Assembly: GCA_040384565.1 (NCBI GenBank)
Contig: JAZKJC010000002.1
Coordinates: 1,064 to 65,063, forward strand
DNA length: 64,000 nucleotides
Direction: 5' to 3'
Source: Patescibacteria group bacterium
GTDB lineage: Bacteria; Patescibacteriota; Saccharimonadia; Saccharimonadales; JAZKJC01
Of this stretch, positions 54,304 through 63,700 are shown piece by piece. The translations under genes were made by a program, and so were the position numbers. The notes under the pieces were generated by a model. That model was not told the DNA's origin. It did not search any database and saw nothing but the letters and a program-made list of their open reading frames with translations. Each line of letters begins with the position of its first letter. Position 1 is the first letter of the stretch.

Positions 54304-55121
54304 TTTTTAACTAAACCTGCGTCAAATAGCGCGCAGTACCATGCAAGCGTAACAGTGTGTACCAGAGTAGGACCTAGACGATGACGCACTTGCCATGCCA
54401 TTCTAGGAGTCCAACCTTTTTGGCGATAATTTTTGTACATGTCTAGTACGGCTATTTCACGAGCTGCTTGATTGAACTGCTTAACAGCACCAATTTCAAC
54501 GGCTTTTGTTAGTTGGGCTTGCGATGGTAATGATTCTTTGAAAGTCAGCGGAGCGATTAGAGTAGCCACACCAAGTTCGAACGAACTGTGGGTAGTAAAT
54601 AAACCGCCAGCTCCCCACATTTTCCAATTATTTTGAACTTTATGACGCGCAGTCAGACCTGGCATTATAAGTTTTTTCCTAAAATTGGTTCGCGTCTCAA
54701 TGCCCTCACCACCCATAAGTTTACTAAGCTCTTCTTCATAGGGGTAGTGATGAGCTGGAGTTAGCCCATCAACCAAAGCGTGGGCAAGCCATGCGGCCTC
54801 AAATGCCGCACGTTCAGTTTTACCTTTTTTAAGTTCACTAACAAGTCCATTGTAATGATCTTGTATGATACCTGGCAAGTGATCGTCTTTCTCGTCAAAA
54901 GGATTGAAATAGTGCCATGGTTCATCCTTGGCAGGACTTTTACGCTTAATACCATCAGGACCGTTTAACCCCTCAAAATGCAGTATGTCTTTTATTAGCG
55001 GAAAGCTGCCTGAGCTGCCAGGCAGCCTTTCAAGTTGCTTGCGCGATACCCGATCAATCTTTTGATGAGCACCTAATAGGGCACCAGAATGTTTTGAAAA
55101 TACAATCAATCCGGAATACAT
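54300..55121 (-). CDS. Hypothetical protein, possibly with a zinc-dependent phospholipase C / P1-nuclease-like fold
   Basis: ..AAWLAHALVDGLTPAHH.. His/Asp cluster. ATG at 55121; the track N-terminus is encoded by the heptamer repeat. Confidence 0.45.
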   Translation of the reverse strand: MYSGLIVFSKHSGALLGAHQKIDRVSRKQLERLPGSSGSFPLIKDILHFEGLNGPDGIKRKSPAKDEPWHYFNPFDEKDDHLPGIIQDHYNGLVSELKKGKTERAAFEAAWLAHALVDGLTPAHHYPYEEELSKLMGGEGIETRTNFRKKLIMPGLTARHKVQNNWKMWGAGGLFTTHSSFELGVATLIAPLTFKESLPSQAQLTKAVEIGAVKQFNQAAREIAVLDMYKNYRQKGWTPRMAWQVRHRLGPTLVHTVTLAWYCALFDAGLVKK

Positions 55122-55220
55122 GTCGTTTAGCAACGGTAGAAAGGAGAAAGGAGAAAGGAGAAAGGAGAATTGCCGCTCCCTCACTCCTCACTCCATACTC
55201 CTCACTCCGGTCAAATCTCC
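55122..55220. repeat. Heptamer-repeat spacer (recG|downstream gene): AGGAGAA x4 (55142-55169) facing CTCACTC-type x4
   Basis: In the mRNA sense, GGAGUGA/GGAGUAU x4 is followed by UUCUCCU x4 (CUCCUUUCU, 16S-3'-end-like). Confidence 0.85.
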
Positions 55221-57284
55221 TTAATTTAGGTTTGTTACTAATCTTGCCGATTTGACCCTTGCGGCCAGCTCAGGGTATTTTAGCAAATTTTCTTTCTTAT
55301 CTATAAATTCCTGAGCGCTATGACGGGCTTCTGATATTAGTTTCGTATCTGTCAATTTTGCAATCCTAAGGTCTAATTGACCATGCTGCAGTGTGCCGTA
55401 AATTGCACCCGGACCACGTAGTTCCAAATCGTACTCTGCGAGTTTAAATCCATCTGAAGAATGTTCGAGCGCACGTAAACGTGGTGATGGTGGCTGGCTG
55501 TCACTAATTAGCAAGTAGCAGTAGCCCTGGTGCTCACTACGACCTACCCTGCCACGCAGTTGATGTATTTGAGCCAAGCCAAACCGTTCTGGATTTTCGA
55601 TTAGCATAACAGTGGCGTTGGGCACATCAACACCGACTTCTATTACTGTAGTTGAAATAAGTATGTCCAGCTCGTGTTTTACAAACGCCTGCATAATAGC
55701 GTCTTTCTGTGCTGGTTTTAGCTTGCCATGCAGCAAGCTAACTCTGCGGTGCTTAAACACGCCATTAGTAAGTTCCGCATAGATTTGTTCCACAGATTTT
55801 GCCGGCATAAGCTCGGAATCGCTAATTAGCGGGCAGACTACAAACACCTGACGCCCGGCTGAGATTTCTACATCTATTTTCTCATATACTTTTGATCGCT
55901 CGTTAAGTGTAATCAGATCAGTTTTAATTTGTTTACGGTTAGCGGGTTTACTGCCAATGACAGAAATATCTAGCTCGCCATAAAGCGTCAGTGCCAGGCT
56001 GCGCGGAATAGGCGTAGCTGTCATAGACAGCACATGGGGCATGTGACCGGCCTTAGCCTGTAGCTTTTTACGCTGATCCACGCCAAAACGGTGTTGCTCA
56101 TCAATTATTACAAAACCGAGTTTGTGCATATCTACTTTTTCCTGGAGCAGGGCGTTGGTGCCAATCATAAAACGTATATCGCCGTTGGCAATACGTTTAT
56201 GTGCCTCATGCTTTTGGGATGGCTTAAGTCCGCCCACTAGCAGACCTACCTCGCCCGCCATAGCTACTGGCTCCAAAAGCTTATGTACAGTCTCGGCGTG
56301 TTGCCGGGCCAATAGTTCGGTCGGTGCCATTAGAGCCACCTGATAACCCTGTTTGATCGCCATTAGTGCTGCCATTGCTGCCACTACAGTTTTGCCCGAC
56401 CCGACATCACCCTCAATTAACCGGTTCATCGGTTGAGAACGTTGCATATCCTGATAGATTTGCCAGACAACCCGTTTTTGGTCAGGTGTTAGGTGAAATG
56501 GCAAATGCTTAACAAAGCTCCTGGCTAGCTTTTCGTCAAACGGGATAGAAACGGTATGTTCTTGTTGTAGCTCATATTTGTTTAGCAATGCTGCCAGAGT
56601 AAGCTCAAATACTTCCTCAAAGCCTAATCGTTTTTTAGCAGCTAACAAATCCTGTTGACTACTAGGAAAATGTATTTGCTCGACCGCATCACTCCTACTG
56701 TACAAGGACAGTCCTTGTACAAGCCATTTAGGGAGAGTTTCGGGTAAATCTTGAATCAAAGGCAAAACTTCACGAATAGTTTTTCTGATCTGAGTAGATG
56801 TTAGCCCTTTTGTTTCTTTATATATTGGCACAATCCTCGCAGTACTAACTGGGAAGCTGCTAACAAGTTCTATTGATGGGTTCTGAATACTAAGTCGCTG
56901 GCGCTTAAGACTAAAATCACCAGAAATATAGTATTCCTGATCACTCTTTATTGATGCCGCTCTGTAAGGCTGATTAAACCAGATAAGCCGCACGCTGCCG
57001 GTATCATCACTGGCAGCGGCTTCGGTTATATGCAATCCACGCCGGGCATATCGGCCTGATGATTGTTTTATAAAAGCTTTGATTGTGACATTGCCGGGCC
57101 GGATTTGGTTGATCAGTTGTACTTGTGAGTAGTCATCATATCGCCGCGGATAGTAATCAATCAATTGACCAATTGTTTTAATGCCTAAAATGGAGAATTT
57201 CTTTGCAAGCTCAACCCCAACACCTTTTACGTTAGTCAATGGGCTATGTAATGTCATGTGTTGTGTAGTATAAAACAATGCCAC
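55221..57284 (-). CDS. recG: ATP-dependent DNA helicase RecG
   Basis: 687 aa, wedge domain plus ..GDVGSGKT.., DEQHRFG, ..QLRGRVGR.. helicase motifs. Confidence 0.93.
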   Translation of the reverse strand: MALFYTTQHMTLHSPLTNVKGVGVELAKKFSILGIKTIGQLIDYYPRRYDDYSQVQLINQIRPGNVTIKAFIKQSSGRYARRGLHITEAAASDDTGSVRLIWFNQPYRAASIKSDQEYYISGDFSLKRQRLSIQNPSIELVSSFPVSTARIVPIYKETKGLTSTQIRKTIREVLPLIQDLPETLPKWLVQGLSLYSRSDAVEQIHFPSSQQDLLAAKKRLGFEEVFELTLAALLNKYELQQEHTVSIPFDEKLARSFVKHLPFHLTPDQKRVVWQIYQDMQRSQPMNRLIEGDVGSGKTVVAAMAALMAIKQGYQVALMAPTELLARQHAETVHKLLEPVAMAGEVGLLVGGLKPSQKHEAHKRIANGDIRFMIGTNALLQEKVDMHKLGFVIIDEQHRFGVDQRKKLQAKAGHMPHVLSMTATPIPRSLALTLYGELDISVIGSKPANRKQIKTDLITLNERSKVYEKIDVEISAGRQVFVVCPLISDSELMPAKSVEQIYAELTNGVFKHRRVSLLHGKLKPAQKDAIMQAFVKHELDILISTTVIEVGVDVPNATVMLIENPERFGLAQIHQLRGRVGRSEHQGYCYLLISDSQPPSPRLRALEHSSDGFKLAEYDLELRGPGAIYGTLQHGQLDLRIAKLTDTKLISEARHSAQEFIDKKENLLKYPELAARVKSARLVTNLN

Positions 57285-57310
57285 CAGATAATGAGATACT
57301 TGGGCTATTT

Positions 57311-57748
57311 CTACTCCACCACCACTGTCCCGTTAGTGGTCGGATTCAGGTGGTCGTGGTAGGTGTATTCGCCTGGCTGGTCAAAGGTGTAGCTGTAGGT
57401 ACCACCTTCTATACCGATGATGTCTTTGCTGTCTAGCCCGGTTAGACCGGTATGTTCCGGGTGGGGATTGCTGGCAACATGGTGCACAACGGAGTCTTTG
57501 TTAGTCCAAGTGACGGTTGTACCTTTGGATATTTTCAGTGTCGCGGGGATGAAGCCCTCTTTGGTGATTTCTACTTGAGCAGCTGTTTGTTGACTAGCTC
57601 CCTGATCAGGTGATTGGTCGGTTTGTTTGTTAAGGTTGAGTGCCAGGCCAATGATGAGCACCAGCAGCAACGCACCGGTGATGACCAATACCTTGACCGT
57701 ATTTCTGGGGTCATGGCTGGGGATTGGGTTTTCTTCGTCTGGGTTCAT
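57311..57748 (-). CDS. Membrane-anchored cupredoxin-like protein lacking any cysteine
   Basis: TM helix, then ..FIPATLKISKGTTVTWTNKD..HHV.. ..GEYTYHDHLNPTTNGTVVV. This is the plastocyanin-like strand pattern but without the Cys ligand. Confidence 0.55.
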   Translation of the reverse strand: MNPDEENPIPSHDPRNTVKVLVITGALLLVLIIGLALNLNKQTDQSPDQGASQQTAAQVEITKEGFIPATLKISKGTTVTWTNKDSVVHHVASNPHPEHTGLTGLDSKDIIGIEGGTYSYTFDQPGEYTYHDHLNPTTNGTVVVE

Positions 57749-57776
57749 ATAGCTCCTACTTTCTTGAATTAGTTAA

Positions 57777-60700
57777 TTACTTCTTATTCGTACTTGCTAC
57801 GACAGCCGTATTGCTGGCCGGCCCTTGACGGTTATTGGTATCTAGAGCTATGACGTAGTAACTGTAGCGGGTGTTGGGTTTGGCAGTAGCGTCACCGTAA
57901 ATAGTGGCCGGTCCGTTGGTAGTGCCTAGTTCCGTGAATTGGCCAGTCGTGCCTACCTGACGGTAGATTTTGTAGCGGGCAATGTTGTCAGTGGCAGCGG
58001 TCCAACTTAAGTTAACTTGGTTGGAGCTAATAATAGTAGGTATTAGTTTGGTGGGCGCAGTTGGCGGGGTGGTGTCACCGCCGGTGGTAGGCGCAGCTGG
58101 AGTAGCGACGGTTTTGGTGGTGGTTGGGTCGGATAATAGGCTTGAGTTGTCCTTAGCTATTACGTAGTAGTAATAGGTCGTGCTGGCGCTGACTGAATCG
58201 GTGTAGCTGAGATTGGTTGTAGTGGCTATGTTCATGAATTGGCCAGTAGTACCGGTTTGGCGGTAGATTAAGTATTCCTTGATGCCGCTGGCGTCTGTGC
58301 TGGCTGTCCAGGTTAGTTTGGCCTGGGTAGCGCTCAAGGCAGTGGCGGCGAAGCTGCCAGGAGTTGAGGGCCGCGTTGTATCTGGAGGAGCCTGAGTAGT
58401 AGCAGTCGCAGTGGAGCTGAGACCGCTGGGGTTGCCGGCAGCGTCAAGGGCCTCAATAGCATAGCTGTAAGTCGTGCCACCAGTTACGGCGCTGTCACTA
58501 AAGCTGGTGCCAGTTATATTGTTGGTTAAGATGTCGGTTGGGGTACCGGTGCCTAGGCGTCGGTAGACCCGGTAGCTGATGACACCAACAACGTTATCTG
58601 TGCTGGCTGTCCAATTAACGTTTACGAGCGTAGGACTGGCAGCTGAGGCTGACACGTTATCAGGTATGGAAGGACGGGTGGTGTCGGTTGGAGGGGGTGG
58701 GGGCGGCGTGACTGTGCCAGCATCGCCCAGGAAGAGGCCGGCCAAAACGGCATTAGTGCTAGTGCCGGCATTGTTTTGGGTTGTAATTGTCAGTGTACCG
58801 CCCGCGGGGACATTGATCGGAGCGTTAATCCAAACACCTTGATTAAAGGATGAAGTAATACTAGCGGCCCTGGGGCCAGATCCGTCATTAACGGTGACGG
58901 TCTGGCGGCGGGCGATAGAGTCCTGATCCAGGGCGTAGAGGTGCAGATTGCCGCTGTAGGCTGAGCTGAAGTTCAGCTTGACGTCGAACTGGGTGCCGGC
59001 GTAGACCGCGGTAGACTTGCGGATGGTTTGGTCTGGGCTTTGCAAAGCTCGGGTTTCGGCACTGGACATAGTCCATTGGTGGCGTTGGGCGCCGTTGATA
59101 GTCATAGTAACGCCTGCCGGTAGTGATATGAGGTCGGTGTCACCGGCATTCCATTCGAATAATACATACCCATCCTTACCGTAAGTGCCGACCCAGTTGC
59201 CTTGGGGGGATTGGCTGGTAGTCAGGGCGGCGGCTGGTTGCGGGGTGGTTAGGGTGACGGTGTTGGAATTACTGGAGACATTGCCTGCCCCGTCACGGGC
59301 TTTGACATAGTAGCTGTAAGTAGTACCACCGGCCAGGCCGTTGGCGTCACCGTAACTGGTAACCAGGCCCACGGTAGCGATCTTGACGTTATTACGCCAG
59401 ACTTCGTAGCCGGATAAGCCGGAGCCGCCAGTGTCGGTACTGGCTGTCCAGGACAGGTTGATCTGGGTGGCACTGACAGCCGAGCCGGATAGGGTTGGGG
59501 TGGATGGCGCGGTAGTGTCCGGAGCTTGAGGGGTGGTGATGGTCTTTACAGCAAAGTCCGAAAAGTTTCCGGCCGCATCCTTGGCTCGGACTGAGAAAGT
59601 GTAGGCAGTGTTGGCTGTAAGGCCGGTGTTGTTGTACGTGGTAGTCGGACTATTGACCGTAGCAATTAAGCCAGGCAGGCCACCGGAATTACGATAGACA
59701 TAGTATTGGGTGACGCCCACATTGTCGGTGGAAGCGGACCAACTGAGGTTGACTTGAGTGGCACTGACGGCAGTGGCGTTGAAGTTGCCCGGTATTGTAG
59801 GCGGGGTGGTGTCGGCAGGAACTGGCGGGGTGACGCTTAGTGGTGTAGACTTGTCGGATTCAGCGCTGTCATAGTCTATAGCCGATACTTGATAGGTATA
59901 GGTATTTGGTGACGCAACAGCTGTGTCGGTATAGGTTAGCTGGGTGGTATAGGTGTAAAAATTGCCATTGCGGTAAATGCGGTATTCTTTCACGCCCTTG
60001 TCGTCCGTACTGGCGTTCCAGGCTAGGGCAATGGAGTTAGATGTCACACTGGTGGTGCGCAGATTAGCCGGAACTGTGGGCGCAGTATTTGGTGCAGCGA
60101 TGGTTAGTGTCTTGCTTAACGAGTTGTTACTCTCGTTGCTTTCATTGGGGATAGCGTTTGAAGGGTCAACCACGGCCAGTACAGCATGCGACCCGGCAGT
60201 TGCCGTCCAGGTGCTAACACCACCCGGGCCATCTACGCTGGCCAAGGTACGGCTTTCGCCTGGAGCTAATGGCCAGCCGGCGTTACCATTCCAGCCTGCC
60301 GAAGTCCCGTCGACGCTGAACGCAATAACGAGACCCTCAGGCGTAGAAGCCGTGCCAACATTTTTAACGGTGGCACTGACGGTTACCAGGTTGCCGGACT
60401 GTGGTGAAGCAGGTGTCCAGGTGATGGAGTCCGGGACCACGATTAGGTCAGGCTGACTCGTAGGAGGGGGTGGGTCAGTGATCCCAATGGGAACAAGCCA
60501 GCATAAATAGTTGTCACCCCAACTATGCGGATCACTGGACTCAAATACTAGTACGCAGTCGGTATCTTCATTGTCAGGATTACCAGCATAACTCCAGTGA
60601 AGCCCTATATATGTATTAGAACAGAGCACATTATCGTTCCAGGTGTAAGGATCCGCGGGTTCAGTAATATTGGTACAGTTATACTCTACCGTTTTATCGG

Positions 60701-63700
60701 TCGGCCACGCGCTGGTAAACGTAAGACCAACATCAGGACTCGCGCATAAAACATTATCACCCCACCCATGCGGATCTGTTGTTTCGTTGATGTAAATACA
60801 ACCGGGCTGAAGCGGTTTAATTGTTTCTACATACCTATTCCAACACAAGTAATTATCTTCCCAGCCGTAGCCGCCACCGTCCCAATCGGACGGTTCTTCG
60901 ATCTTTACACAGCCGGTGTCAGCGTCTTCATATATATTACCTCTCCAGCTCCAATCGAAGTGGACGTTGGGATTAGAGGTACAGATAACGTTATCTCCCC
61001 AGGTGTCCGGGTCATCAGGTTCGTAGATACGGACACAGTTAGCTGGCAAATTGGTTGGGTCGGGGTGAGCGGTACTCCAAGTCAAACCAAGGTCGGGTGA
61101 CATGCACAGGACATTGTCGTACCAGGGGGCAGTTTCAGATGTTTCGTTCATATTGATACAGCCGGCTGGCAGGGGCGCGCTTACCGAGCCAGGTTTATAG
61201 GTGTCCCAACACAAGAAGTTATCAGTCCAATAGTGGGGGTCTTCGGCTTCGTTCATTGATACGCAAGTTGTGTTGGTGTCAGAAATGTTGCCCCAGTAAC
61301 TCCAGCGCAGATTTACATCTATTAGGGTACACAGTACGTTATCCCCCCAGGTATCCGGATCGCCTGGTTCGTACAACCCTACGCATTTGGGGGCAAGCGG
61401 ATACTCGGGCGGCCAGGCACTGGTATAGCTCCAACCAAGGTCCTGGTTCGAACAAAGATGATTGTCCCCCCAGGCGTGTTCAGGCGGCTCGGATGATTCG
61501 TGAATTTGTACACAAGATCCGGGCAAACCATTACCATCGGAGGCGGTGTACCAGTTCATCTGGAGATCACGCGGAATACGTTCTTGGGGCCAGGCGGTAG
61601 TCCAGGAGGCGGTTATGTTGGTGGGAGTGTAGTCTTTTGGCCAGGAGTCAGTGTATGTCATTGATGTTTTGAAATCGGGAGGGACACCTTGGTTTGTCTG
61701 GGCCGGGAGACCTATGTAGCGTCCAAACAATTTTCTTTCTCCTGACGCCTGGATAATCGCATACGCGTCTGAACCAGCATTATCAACCATGTCTATGTAA
61801 GGGGTGGCCGATGAAGGGGTGGCCGCCGCAGAGCCGAAGTAGCGTGCATTGCCAAATGAAAATATTCCGCCGTCCCTGGCGACAAGCCAGTAGCCTTTGC
61901 TATCCACAGTAGCCTGCATGCCAATAATCGGCTGGTTTAATTTAATGGCGCCTGTCGATCCGTAAAAGCGCGCGTCTCCAAAGGCGAATACTCCACCGTC
62001 ACTAGCAAACAGCCAATAACCACTATTTGTATCTGTCACTTCCATGCCGATAATCGGACTATTTAAAGTTTTACCTCCAAGTGAGCCGTATGATTTGGCA
62101 GCGCCATAAGCGAATATCCCACCGTCAGAGGCCACCAGCCAATAGCCCGTCTTGCCATCTACATAATCACTGCGCGAGGCCATCCCCACAATTGGTTTGT
62201 TTAAGGTAATGCTACTCGCGTCGCCATAATGTTTAGCGTCGCCATGGGCAGACACTTTGCCATTTTGTAGGGCTATGTAGTAACCTACATTTTTAGCCGA
62301 AATTGAAATAGCAGCTACCGGAGCTGACAAGGCCTTGCCAGCCAAGTCACTGTAAGTAGTGATGGACTCACCACAATTCGTAACCTTGCCGTCACTGGAA
62401 AGCACCCGGTATCCGGGCTTTTCGTTATTATATTGTTTGGGAGAATCAATGCTGACCCCGTTTGTGATCGGACAGGCTACTGCGGCGGTTATGCCAGTAT
62501 TAAACCAAGCGCTTCTCTCATTCAGCACTTTGGCCTGGTTGTCATTGAGTGCGACATTTTCTAGCCCTGCTGCATAATTTTTATCATGTCCGCAACTACC
62601 CATAAGTGTAGCGTCACAAGTATGTGAGAGAGTAAAGCCATGTCCAATTTCGTGAGCTAATAGCGGCAGTTGCTGGGAACACTTACTATTAGCGCTATAG
62701 ACACCAATACCGAGTTTTACGTTTGGCGCTTCATCAAAATCCTTATTCGGATCCTCTCCTGTATCGTCCTGGGTATCATTTCTTGCGCCGCCCCAACCCG
62801 TACAACCATCAGCATGCCAACTATAGAGTATAGCCGTATTACTATCGTAAGCTGCAAATTCTGCAGCTAAGTGTTGATACGTAAAAAAGGTCCTGTCTGG
62901 GTTGCTTGTGCCGCTACAAGTATAATAGCTTTCCGGACAGGCCTTATACTGTGCTTCGGTCAGCCGACCCTTTACAACCTTTACTTCACTGGTAATGAAA
63001 GGTTTTTTAACCCTATCAGCGTAAAAAGCGGCTATCCTATTCGCGGCGTCCGTTATCTTCGCCTGAGCGTCAGCGGGTTGCGCCTGGTCAGCTGGATAGA
63101 CGTACAAAAACCGGACTTTTTTCTGTGCCTGCGCATAAACTTTACCCGACTCTGCGGCACTCGTAATCGTCCTGTCACCGTTAGTAAATTCCGGTACTTC
63201 TGGCAAGGTACGGATTTTTACAACTTTGCCATCATCGCCTTTATAAACTTTGGCTTCTTTTGACAGCTTGCCTTTTACTTCTTGAGCTTTGTCACCAAGT
63301 AGTTTGCTGGTTTTGGATTTTTTATCTTTGTCTAAATAGGCCTTGAATTCATCTGGCACTGGCTCGAGGTCTTGACCGGATTTGTTTTGCTGGACGGTCT
63401 GAACGTAAATGGTATCCGAGTCAAATGGCTTAGTAGCTTTGGCGCACTCACTTTCCAAATATTTCGTAATGTCTTCGAAACCATTTGGCCGTTCACCAGA
63501 ATAAAGTTCTATACTGCGCTTACCACGATCTGTAAATAGGCTTACGCTTGGTTCAGCTCCAACCGGGGCTGGAATCCGATCCTTTGGCACTGTTCTGGCG
63601 CGGATCCTGTCAAAACCTTTTTCCCGTACTGTATTAAATAGAGTTTCGATCTCTTTTTCATTGAGTTTGCGTGTGCGAATTGACCACAATGAACTATTAT

